Origin: an uncultured Candidatus Saccharibacteria bacterium
GTDB lineage: Bacteria > Patescibacteriota > Minisyncoccia > UBA6257 > Colwellbacteraceae
Length of the DNA stretch: 64,000 nucleotides
Assembly: GCA_964609135.1 (NCBI GenBank)
Contig: CAZSQQ010000002.1
Span: 13,349-77,348, forward strand
Reading direction: 5' to 3'
Under the pieces are notes generated by a model that was given only the letters and a program-made list of their open reading frames with translations, ran no database searches and was not told the DNA's origin. This document shows, in pieces, positions 44,702 through 52,426 of this stretch. The stretch's first letter is position 1; each line of letters opens with the position of its first letter. Position numbers and translations under genes: made by a program.

Positions 44702-46189
44702 TCAGTGGCAAATCCAGGTCATCGTGGAGAGGACGTACCATCGCGTGATACTGCACCCTGGGTCGGTGTAGCCGCTGGGATTGCAAACACTCCTGGTTGA
44801 CCCGCACTCAGCGTTAGTGGCGGTCGTTCTTACCGTACCTAAGCTACATGACGGTGAGGTCTGGCCACATACACTATAGGCATCCCTTGCATAACAGGGA
44901 CCATTAGGTGCCGCGTCGCATGGTGGTCCGTTAGGATCAAGCTCGTTAACACCGCTACAATTGTAGTCAAAACTGCCATCGCCTCTGTTAGAACTATAAT
45001 AGGCGGTCTGTCCGGGCTTGGCATTGGCATTACTATCATAGCAATCGGCGCCTGAACCGGCGGTAGAAAGATAGGGCGAGGGTAGTGATGCGCCCGAACA
45101 AACAGTGTAGGGTCCAGTAGTATAAGCATCACCATCGGCATCGAGATAGCCGGTCAGGTTTTGCCAGACAGTGGCGTTCGCGTCATTGCAATCTGGGCCG
45201 TTTGCATTGGCCGTGTAACCTGATGGCAAAGAAGCCCCAGAGCAAATGGATTGGGCGGTTGAATTCGCTCTAACGCCATCGTTATCAGCATCAGTATAGC
45301 CGGTAAGGTTCTGCCAAACGGAGGCGTTCCCGTCATTGCAGTCAGTCGAATTATCAACATAACCGGCGTCATTACCTACACAGGTGGCTGAAGATACTCC
45401 ATAACCATCTCCATCTGCATCGCGGTATCTGTTTCTCCAGATAGCGCCATTGGCATCATTGCAATCGGTGGCGGTAGCTGAAGCCCTATACCCGGACGGC
45501 AAGGAGGCACCTGAACAAACTGACTGGGCACTACCAATGGTATAGGTATCACCGTCAGCATCCGTGTAGCCAGTCAGATTTTGCCAGAGGGTGTTGTTGG
45601 TATCGTTGCAATCAGCGCCATTTACAGCCGCCCTGTACCCCGCGGGCAGGGTAGCCCCCGAGAGAACCTGCTGGCTGGCACCTGTCGTATAAGTATCATT
45701 GTCCGCGTCCGCGTAGCCGGTAAGATATTGCCATTTGGTGGAATCGGTTGCGGCGGCGTCAGCTGATGTTGTAGAGGTCATAACATTTCTCCTTCTGCCA
45801 GATGTAGGAGCTGTGTCTTGAGCGTATTGAGTAAGAGAATCCGCATATCCATCGCCGTCGGTATCAACCATCCAAAGATTGGTTTGCTTAAGCTGACCGG
45901 TAGAATTTATGGCAATGGAACCGGTGACGGTAATGGTTTGACCGGAATTCCAGGCAACAGTCTGGCCGGCATTGATTGTCAAAGTTTGACTCAAGGCTAC
46001 AGTCAAGTCGCCGTTATCAACTCCGTCAACGGTGTTCGGGAAGGTGCAGCTCGAACTAATTGTGAGGGCGCCACCGGCGGAGGGAGAACAGTTTACGGCG
46101 AGCGCCGCCCCGGGGGCTAAAAAGTACAAAGCCGCCGCTATGGGCAGACCAAGTTTTATAAAAGATATTTTATTAATTCCTGATTTCAT
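44702..46189 (-). CDS. secreted MopE-type Cys-rich putative metal-binding repeat protein (full-length, signal peptide)
   Basis: Start at Met28 (46189) gives signal peptide MKSGINKISFIKLGLPIAAALYFLAPGAALA; about 6 repeats of DADGDGY/DxDxDxY + DCND.N pattern (MopE/PF11617-like). Confidence 0.6.
   Translation of the reverse strand: MKSGINKISFIKLGLPIAAALYFLAPGAALAVNCSPSAGGALTISSSCTFPNTVDGVDNGDLTVALSQTLTINAGQTVAWNSGQTITVTGSIAINSTGQLKQTNLWMVDTDGDGYADSLTQYAQDTAPTSGRRRNVMTSTTSADAAATDSTKWQYLTGYADADNDTYTTGASQQVLSGATLPAGYRAAVNGADCNDTNNTLWQNLTGYTDADGDTYTIGSAQSVCSGASLPSGYRASATATDCNDANGAIWRNRYRDADGDGYGVSSATCVGNDAGYVDNSTDCNDGNASVWQNLTGYTDADNDGVRANSTAQSICSGASLPSGYTANANGPDCNDANATVWQNLTGYLDADGDAYTTGPYTVCSGASLPSPYLSTAGSGADCYDSNANAKPGQTAYYSSNRGDGSFDYNCSGVNELDPNGPPCDAAPNGPCYARDAYSVCGQTSPSCSLGTVRTTATNAECGSTRSVCNPSGYTDPGCSITRWYVLSTMTWICH
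45567..45706. repeat. IR-right: inverted copy of 43561..43700 (140/140 identical)
   Basis: See IR-left. Confidence 0.85.
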
Positions 46190-46213
46190 AGTTCGATGTG
46201 ACTCACCATAAAT
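46190..46213 (-). repeat. conserved junction element copy F (..AATTTATGGTGAGTCACATCGAACT-ATG)
   Basis: Abuts start codon of MopE-like gene; mini-ORF MVSHIEL* with TGA overlapping ATG. Confidence 0.6.
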
Positions 46214-46221
46214 TTGCTTTC

Positions 46222-46716
46222 TTATTTTACAACAATAGTCCCGATAGCGACTCCGGCGGCATATTTCCAAGTACCTTTCTTAGTGATTCTCATTATTTTA
46301 AACTCGCCCGGAGATATCAAACCGGCGTTCAACTCTTCATTAGATCCGTCGCCTGATGGCGGATCGGAATATACTCTAATTAGCTGACTCGATTTGTTAA
46401 TAATTTTAATCCACTGACCGCTCTTAACGTTATCTGATTTAATCTCTTCGGGTTTAAAAGTAAAACTGACATTTTGCGGCGATAGCGTTGCCCCGTCATA
46501 GGCTATGGTTGCTACTTTGTTGTAGCCGGTATCGGGCGGTTCTTTGGGAGCCGCAGGATTGCTTCCAATAACCTCTCCAGCTACAGGCGATTTAGAATTA
46601 ATATACGGCGAAACAAATTTGAATAAGCTGTCTTTATAGAAATAGAGAAGTACCACAAGCAACAACGCTAAAACCAAGGCAATTTTCGAAATCATCTTTT
46701 TGGTTCTAATTTTCAT
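46222..46716 (-). CDS. secreted hypothetical protein with C-terminal cupredoxin-like beta-sandwich (related to 17215..18619 pair)
   Basis: Signal anchor; C-terminus ...GEFKIMRITKKGTWKYAAGVAIGTIVVK resembles ...GSWKYHDHLNPSKAGTVVVE. Confidence 0.45.
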   Translation of the reverse strand: MKIRTKKMISKIALVLALLLVVLLYFYKDSLFKFVSPYINSKSPVAGEVIGSNPAAPKEPPDTGYNKVATIAYDGATLSPQNVSFTFKPEEIKSDNVKSGQWIKIINKSSQLIRVYSDPPSGDGSNEELNAGLISPGEFKIMRITKKGTWKYAAGVAIGTIVVK

Positions 46717-46740
46717 GGTTCGACGCGGCTCACCATAAAT
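46717..46740 (-). repeat. conserved junction element copy E (TAA-TTTATGGTGAGCCGCGTCGAACC-ATG)
   Basis: Fills the entire 23-nt gap between two genes; mini-ORF MVSRVEP*. Confidence 0.6.
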
Positions 46741-47315
46741 TATCTAAAATTCAAATCTATATGAGAGCTGTAATTAGCCGACTTAGCCTCAAGTATGGCC
46801 GTATATATTTTATCGTGGGTGTCGTTTATTTTCCAGCTTCCGCCCCAAACTCCGTCTTCCCGTGCGCCAGATAGGAGTTTCAGATTATGGCTAACGGTTT
46901 TGGCGTCTCCTTGTGTCTTAAGGACGACTGATTCTATCGCTTCCGGAGCTTTTACCTTAACCGTAACTCTCTGCTCCTTGCCAACACTGCTGTGGAGCGG
47001 ATCAAAGACCGCTTCGGTAAAAGTCGGTATTTCTCTGGTTTGAATATTGTAGGTTTCTTTGGTATTGAAAGGCAGTTTTAAGTTAGAATCAGAGCTTTTT
47101 GTAGTGGAAGGGAGGGGCTGATTCTTGCCTCCATCAATGGTTCGATACAACTCACCATAAGAAGAAAATATGAACGACGCAAGAAACAGCAAGCCAAGGA
47201 CCGTCGCCAACGTCTTAGCGCTGTTATCTAGACTTAAGCCTTTATTTAGTCGGGACAATAAACCCTTGGACATTTTCATCGCCAATCGCGCTATTGCTCC
47301 AACTTTGATAATCAA
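46740..47315 (-). CDS. hypothetical membrane-anchored or secreted protein
   Basis: 191-aa ORF (start may be Met13/Met15); contains junction element copy G inside its coding region just after the TM. Confidence 0.4.
   Translation of the reverse strand: MIIKVGAIARLAMKMSKGLLSRLNKGLSLDNSAKTLATVLGLLFLASFIFSSYGELYRTIDGGKNQPLPSTTKSSDSNLKLPFNTKETYNIQTREIPTFTEAVFDPLHSSVGKEQRVTVKVKAPEAIESVVLKTQGDAKTVSHNLKLLSGAREDGVWGGSWKINDTHDKIYTAILEAKSANYSSHIDLNFR
47139..47160 (-). repeat. conserved junction element copy G (TTATGGTGAGTTGTATCGAACC), intragenic
   Basis: Encodes SSYGELYRTIDGG in ORF 46740..47315. Confidence 0.55.
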
Positions 47316-48234
47316 AACGAGGAGCCGTTAAGCGGTAGGAAACTTCGCCGACTTTGTCGCCATAGACAGTTAACTTACCGGAGTGAGCTTCTTTCTTATA
47401 CCAAGCCCTGCCGTCAAACCCGGGAGAAACTATAACTGATAAATTCTGCCAATTTTTGCCAAAGTCGGTAATCTGATAGAAAAGCCATAAGTCCGAGCCT
47501 TTCTCGGCATTCTTGAAATCAAGAACCGCCTCGGCAATTTTCAATTTTGAATTTTCAATTTTCAATTTAAGAACGCCTGTCGTTTCTTCTTTTACGCCAG
47601 TCATGCTGGGTAGATAAGTGGCGAATCTCTCGCCACCGATGGTATAAATCGGATCAACTGTGCCGGCATCGAGTTTTCCAGAGCCGCCACCGACTACCAC
47701 TGTGCCGCCGCTTGGGGCAATAAGCACATTGCCTTTGGTCGCGTTAGAAGTTGAGTCCAGTGTCAGAGTGCCGCTCACGGTGCTGTTTCCGAAAAGCGTG
47801 AAACCGGCGGCGTTGATGTTGCTCGCCCAAGGTGTCTGCGGTGAAGTTGCGGCGGCCGCGCTTGTCCAAGCCGTGCCATTCGAGGTTAAAACATTGCCGC
47901 TTGCTCCCGGAGCTACGGCCGTAAAGGCGGAAGCGGCATTACCAATCAAAGCTCCCGATAAGGTGGTGGCGCCGGTACCACCTTGGGCAACAGTCAAAGC
48001 GGTAGTAAGTCCGGTAATGGAGGTAATATCCGAGTTCGCGCCCGAGGCGGCCGCACCCAAATTGGTTCTCGCGCCGGAAGCGGTCGTCCCGGCGGTCCCG
48101 CCGTTCGCTATGGGAACCGGCCCGCCGCCCGTGGGCGGAGCAGCCGAGGGATTGGTCCAGGCCCTAACCACTCCGAAGAGAGCCATAAAGCCCACGAGAA
48201 CTAAAACAAAATAAAGCGGGAGGTTCTTAGTCAT
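47242..48234 (-). CDS. secreted Gly/Thr/Ala-rich protein with tail-fibre-like GGTGATT...ARTNLGAAASG repeats
   Basis: Signal anchor; low-complexity N-terminal half, beta-rich C-terminal half. Confidence 0.45.
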   Translation of the reverse strand: MTKNLPLYFVLVLVGFMALFGVVRAWTNPSAAPPTGGGPVPIANGGTAGTTASGARTNLGAAASGANSDITSITGLTTALTVAQGGTGATTLSGALIGNAASAFTAVAPGASGNVLTSNGTAWTSAAAATSPQTPWASNINAAGFTLFGNSTVSGTLTLDSTSNATKGNVLIAPSGGTVVVGGGSGKLDAGTVDPIYTIGGERFATYLPSMTGVKEETTGVLKLKIENSKLKIAEAVLDFKNAEKGSDLWLFYQITDFGKNWQNLSVIVSPGFDGRAWYKKEAHSGKLTVYGDKVGEVSYRLTAPRFDYQSWSNSAIGDENVQGFIVPTK

Positions 48235-48314
48235 TTTATCTTTATCTCATTATACATTATTCGTTTTCTACTTACTAACAAGCTATCAAGCTAACTAAAG
48301 GGCTAACAAGCTCG

Positions 48315-49703
48315 CTACGGGCTCCAGTTAACTATGACATCGTCAACTACCGGAAGTCCGCTGGAAGAGGAAGCAACCTGCATCACCTTATAACTCACCG
48401 TCCCACAGGTAGAGGTGTTGGAGCAGTTGAAGCTTATCCAGCCCAAAGCGTCATTCCAGCCCCAGCCGGAGAAGTCCCCGGTCGTGGTATTCAACAACAC
48501 CCTGTAATCCGACGTAGCGCAGGTATTGCCGATAACGCTATTGTTGCAATTGAAGCTTATCCAGCCAACGGCATCGTTCCAGCCCCAGCCGGCAAGATTG
48601 CCGGCGCCGTCATTGGTAACGTTGAAGTTGCTGGTACTGCAGATATTGCCATTGGGGGAAGTGGCGCAGTCAAAGGCTATGTAAGAACCGGCGAAGCTCT
48701 CCCAGACGGCATAACCCTGAATGAGACTGGGGGTTATGTTAACGGTCCCCGGCGAGAAGAAGTTCATCCAGCCGAAGGAATCGTTCCAGGCCCATTTGTT
48801 TACGGAGTCGATGCCGGTCGAGGGAAGAGTATAGATGCCATCTAAGAAAACCTTATATCTATAGTAGCGCTTATTGTTGTGATAAATGCCCGCGATCTGA
48901 ATGGGGCTATTGGGACCGCTCGGGCTGTAATAAGTTGCCGATGATCCGTCCGACCCCAAAAAGGCGCCGTCACCGGCAGTCTTACTGCCTCCCCAGCCGA
49001 CACCCGCAGCACAGCCTGGAGCGTCGGTTGCGCCATTGGAACAATTGGCAGTTGCCAGTTGAAACTTAACCGCTGAATCGGTGGGCAGTGAACCCTGCCA
49101 GAGAAAGCTGTTAAAAGAAACTCCGTTAGAGTAGCCGGTGTCAAAAGTGCTGGAGATTAAGTTCCCGGCAACAGGCCCGGAGATATTTTGGCTCACCTTA
49201 TAACTCACCGTCCCACAGGTAGAGGTGTTGGAGCAGTTGAAGCTTATCCAGCCCAAAGCGTCATTCCAGCCCCAGCCGGAGAAGTCCCCGGTCGTGGTAT
49301 TCAACAACACCCTGTAATCCGACGTAGCGCAGGTATTGCCGATAACGCTATTGTTGCAATTGAAGCTTATCCAGCCAACGGCATCGTTCCAGCCCCAGCC
49401 GGCAAGATTGCCGGCGCCGTCATTGGTAACGTTGAAGTTGCTGGTACTGCAGATATTGCCATTGGGGGAAGTGGCGCAGTCAAAGGCTATGTAAGAACCG
49501 GCGAAGCTCTCCCAGACGGCATAACCCTGAATGAGACTGGGGGTTATGTTAACGGTCCCCGGCGAGAAGAAGTTCATCCAGCCGAAGGAATCGTTCCAGG
49601 CCCATTTGTTGGTGGAATTAATGTTGGTGGCGGCAGAAGCAATTTCCGGAAAACCAAATGACAAAACCACAATGACCAATAAGATTGAATTAAAAATTTT
49701 CAT
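48315..49703 (-). CDS. secreted Trp/Cys-rich repeat protein (W.WND..GW..F modules) carrying a duplicated 139-aa block
   Basis: Signal peptide MKIFNSILLVIVVLSFGFPEIASA; repeats GWGWNDAVGWISFNC... Confidence 0.55.
   Translation of the reverse strand: MKIFNSILLVIVVLSFGFPEIASAATNINSTNKWAWNDSFGWMNFFSPGTVNITPSLIQGYAVWESFAGSYIAFDCATSPNGNICSTSNFNVTNDGAGNLAGWGWNDAVGWISFNCNNSVIGNTCATSDYRVLLNTTTGDFSGWGWNDALGWISFNCSNTSTCGTVSYKVSQNISGPVAGNLISSTFDTGYSNGVSFNSFLWQGSLPTDSAVKFQLATANCSNGATDAPGCAAGVGWGGSKTAGDGAFLGSDGSSATYYSPSGPNSPIQIAGIYHNNKRYYRYKVFLDGIYTLPSTGIDSVNKWAWNDSFGWMNFFSPGTVNITPSLIQGYAVWESFAGSYIAFDCATSPNGNICSTSNFNVTNDGAGNLAGWGWNDAVGWISFNCNNSVIGNTCATSDYRVLLNTTTGDFSGWGWNDALGWISFNCSNTSTCGTVSYKVMQVASSSSGLPVVDDVIVNWSP
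48383..48800. repeat. 418-bp direct repeat, copy 1 (100% identical to 49193..49610)
   Basis: Line-by-line comparison, offset 810 bp. Confidence 0.9.
49193..49610. repeat. 418-bp direct repeat, copy 2
   Basis: See copy 1. Confidence 0.9.
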
Positions 49704-49726
49704 AGTTCAATGCGATTCACTACAAG
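49704..49726 (-). repeat. conserved junction element copy B (TGA-CTTGTAGTGAATCGCATTGAACT-ATG)
   Basis: Fills the 23-nt gap; frame VVNRIEL* with TGA overlapping ATG. Confidence 0.55.
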
Positions 49727-51049
49727 TCATGGCACTTGAATTTGGATAGACCCGGGGGTGGTTGACGCATCGATCTTGGTCTGCGAAGAATAACCGGTGT
49801 TAGGACTTGTAACCGGCCCTTCAGCGCCAGACCCTCCATTCCAGTTGCTGAATTGGGTAATTTCGTTTTTGGAGCGAGTCAAAAATTCAGAAGCTTGGAT
49901 TTGCGGAGACCCCCCGAACTGACTCCACGAAACCGTAGCCGTGACTTTCTGCGTTGAGGGATCTTCCGTGCCGCCAGTCGCTACGATTGATCCGCCGGAA
50001 TCACGATTAACGTTTTCAACCGACAAATAGCGGGTGAAGGGACGGGAATTATAGGTTTGAGTGACCTCGGCCGCCGAGACCGCCCGCTTGTAAATTTTAA
50101 CGTCGTCTATCCTGTGACTCGCGGACGTTCCATCGGCGTCCCCCATCCGAACAGATCCGGCAGTATAAAGCGTTTGGCTCGCGAGAGCCGAGGTTGTCGT
50201 ACATTGAACTCCGTCCAAATAAACCTTAACAGTTGTGCCGTCATAGGTTCCAAGCAAGTGATGCCAGGCATTTAAAGTAAACGACGGGGCGCAACCCGAG
50301 GCGTTAAATTGGCTCACTCCATTAAAAACTCCGAAGAGGGCGTTGCCGCCGGAATCGGCAAATAAATTCCAGCCGCCGGCGGCGGAGAAATTATTGGCCA
50401 CCAGATCATCAAAGTTAATATGACCGGTCAAATAAACCCAGGCCGAAACAGTTATGGCTGTGGTTGGGAACCCGCTCGGGGGCGCAATCGTGACATACTG
50501 GCCGGTCCCGCTAAGAGTTAGGCAGTCGCTCACGAAACAGGAGACTGTTCTCACGGGACTGCCAGTCAAAGTCCCGTTATTGCCAACACCGGAGGAATCA
50601 TAGGCATTGACCCCTGAAGCCTCATCCAGTTTCCATTGACCAACCAAGCCGTCCCTAATCTCATTTTCAGGAACCCCCTCTTTACCGGTTACGACGGTGA
50701 AATCGGCGCCCGTTGCATTCACAAGATAATAATTGGTAGAAGGGCCCTTGCTAGCCACATTATAAAGATTGGTCCAACCGGCCTGGGAAAAAGACCGCGC
50801 GTTATCAATGAGCTCTTGACTTAACAGATTGGCGGTTTGCACGGTGCGATTTTGGGCGTTGATGCGAAGCGTCAAAACTATCGCTCCCGCCGCCGAGCCG
50901 ATAATCAAGGTTCCAATGGCCACAGCCACGAGCACCTCAACCATTGATTGACCCCTTCGATGTGACTCACTCTTCGACTCTCGCTCAGAGTGCCCTGAGC
51001 TTGTCGAATGGGCAGGGCGGGCCCTCCTCTTGTTAAAACTGGTAGGCAT
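49727..51049 (-). CDS. pilin-like protein with LamG/concanavalin-like (LamG_3) domain; start ambiguous (51049 or 50944)
   Basis: ...RRG-QSMVEVLVAVAIGTLIIG hydrophobic helix with Glu+5, then LVGQWKLDEASGVNAYDSSGVGNNGTL LamG_3 signature. Confidence 0.55.
   Translation of the reverse strand: MPTSFNKRRARPAHSTSSGHSERESKSESHRRGQSMVEVLVAVAIGTLIIGSAAGAIVLTLRINAQNRTVQTANLLSQELIDNARSFSQAGWTNLYNVASKGPSTNYYLVNATGADFTVVTGKEGVPENEIRDGLVGQWKLDEASGVNAYDSSGVGNNGTLTGSPVRTVSCFVSDCLTLSGTGQYVTIAPPSGFPTTAITVSAWVYLTGHINFDDLVANNFSAAGGWNLFADSGGNALFGVFNGVSQFNASGCAPSFTLNAWHHLLGTYDGTTVKVYLDGVQCTTTSALASQTLYTAGSVRMGDADGTSASHRIDDVKIYKRAVSAAEVTQTYNSRPFTRYLSVENVNRDSGGSIVATGGTEDPSTQKVTATVSWSQFGGSPQIQASEFLTRSKNEITQFSNWNGGSGAEGPVTSPNTGYSSQTKIDASTTPGSIQIQVP
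50956..50972 (-). repeat. conserved junction element copy H (GTGAGTCACATCGAAGG), 10 nt upstream of internal ATG-GTT-GAG (MVEV...)
   Basis: 14/16 identical to copy F. Confidence 0.5.
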
Positions 51050-51078
51050 TTCCTATTTAAGTATAAATCACTTGTTGT

Positions 51079-51102
51079 GGTTCGACATAGCTCACCGTAA
51101 AT
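51079..51102 (-). repeat. conserved junction element copy A (TTTACGGTGAGCTATGTCGAACC) overlapping stop of 51092..52219
   Basis: Same orientation as other copies. Confidence 0.55.
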
Positions 51103-52219
51103 TGAAATTATAAAGAGTGGTGACCTCTGAAGCCGAGAGAGCCCGGCTATAGACACGAACTTCATCAATCGAACCGCTTAGAAATCCGGAAGCGAGGTCG
51201 CTTTTCACGGCCATAGTAAAGGGCGCGGCATTCACGTTAACCGAGGTTATGGTTGTGGCCGCGGAATTCTGAAGAGACCCGTCAATATAAATCCTTGCCG
51301 CCACCCCAGACTCAAAAACGCCAACCAAATGATGGAAAGTGCCGTCAGCTAAATTCGATGTGCCGGATACACTCACATTGGTTGTGCCATTAGAAACATA
51401 GAATTGTCCAAATCCAGAAGTTGCCGCAATATTCAGATTGTAAGCGATGGAGGCGTCTAGATCAGTATTGCGCTTGGCAATAATGTAAGCTAAAGCTGTC
51501 GAGGAAGTTTTAATCCAAGCGCTAAGAGAAAAGGAGCTCCCAACATTTAAACTTGAACCATTGCCGGCAGTGACATAATTAGAAGCGCCGTTAAAACTTA
51601 AACAGTTGCCGCTCTTGCAAGAGACTCCCGCAACCCATGTTGGCGCGGCGGCCGAAAAAGTTCCGCTATTGCCGTTCCCGGAATTGTCATTAGCCGTCGT
51701 GCCGGTATTTTCATCTAAATCCCAGTAGCCGACCAGGTCTTTTATGAGGTCGTAGTCAATCTTGCCGGACGTATTCACGGACACGAGACCAATCTGATTC
51801 GATAAAACCGATGAACTTATAACAATATTTGTACTTATATTCGGAATTCCGGTGGCCTTATCAAAAATCACGTCCCTGGAAGTATTGTTAACGGGATCGG
51901 TGAAATCAAGCTGGGGGCTAAGTGAAATTTTGGCGAGCACGGTGCCCGCCGCATAACTTGCGCCGCTCCAAATTTCGTAATAATCGTTGTCCGCTCCGGT
52001 CGGATTCCAGAATCTGATTCCCCACTGCAAACCGTTTTCTTGCGCCCTTGACCTCTGGGCGGTTTGCCTCACGTCGCTTAGAACCCTGAAAGTCATGCTG
52101 TTTAAAACCTGCTTTCCGCGAATGCCAAAATATCCCGGGGCCACAACGGCCGCGAGGAATGCCGTAACGGCCAAGACTATCAAGACTTCAACCAAAGTGA
52201 ACCCCTTCCTAGATGACAT
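51092..52219 (-). CDS. type IV pilin fused to LamG-like domain (class III signal peptide MSSRKG|FTLVEVL)
   Basis: Canonical prepilin cleavage motif G|FTLxE; LVGYWDLDENTGTTANDNSGNGNSGTF LamG_3 signature. Confidence 0.7.
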   Translation of the reverse strand: MSSRKGFTLVEVLIVLAVTAFLAAVVAPGYFGIRGKQVLNSMTFRVLSDVRQTAQRSRAQENGLQWGIRFWNPTGADNDYYEIWSGASYAAGTVLAKISLSPQLDFTDPVNNTSRDVIFDKATGIPNISTNIVISSSVLSNQIGLVSVNTSGKIDYDLIKDLVGYWDLDENTGTTANDNSGNGNSGTFSAAAPTWVAGVSCKSGNCLSFNGASNYVTAGNGSSLNVGSSFSLSAWIKTSSTALAYIIAKRNTDLDASIAYNLNIAATSGFGQFYVSNGTTNVSVSGTSNLADGTFHHLVGVFESGVAARIYIDGSLQNSAATTITSVNVNAAPFTMAVKSDLASGFLSGSIDEVRVYSRALSASEVTTLYNFNLR

Positions 52220-52280
52220 GCCGATTATATATAAATTTTTGAACCTTTGGGTGATAAAAATTTATCCATAGAATCGAGCA

Positions 52281-52384
52281 CCCCGCACCAGTTTACGCAA
52301 AATCGACCATTTTCATAGGGGGAAAGCGAATCTTGAGTTAGGTGACTTGGATGGGTCATGGTGTTCATAAAAACTGGTGCGGGG
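52281..52384 (-). promoter_or_regulatory. structured 5' leader of pilin gene: 14-bp long-range stem enclosing 76 nt
   Basis: Stem CCCCGCACCAGTTT (52281-52294) pairs with AAACTGGTGCGGGG (52371-52384); additional 8-bp hairpin at 52398-52417. Confidence 0.35.
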
Positions 52385-52426
52385 TAAGGTTTTGTTTCTC
52401 CGACGTAAGCGTCGGAGACAAAGCCC

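Noticed and set aside
47660-48214. 184-aa plus-strand ORF (and 47983..48204)
   Set aside because: Antisense shadow of the Gly/Ala/Thr-rich gene 47242..48234; low complexity.
48383-49610. Considered whether the 418-bp repeats could be a CRISPR-like array or mobile element
   Set aside because: There are only two copies and both lie in frame within one protein-coding gene with no spacers or terminal inverted repeats; this is an intragenic module duplication.
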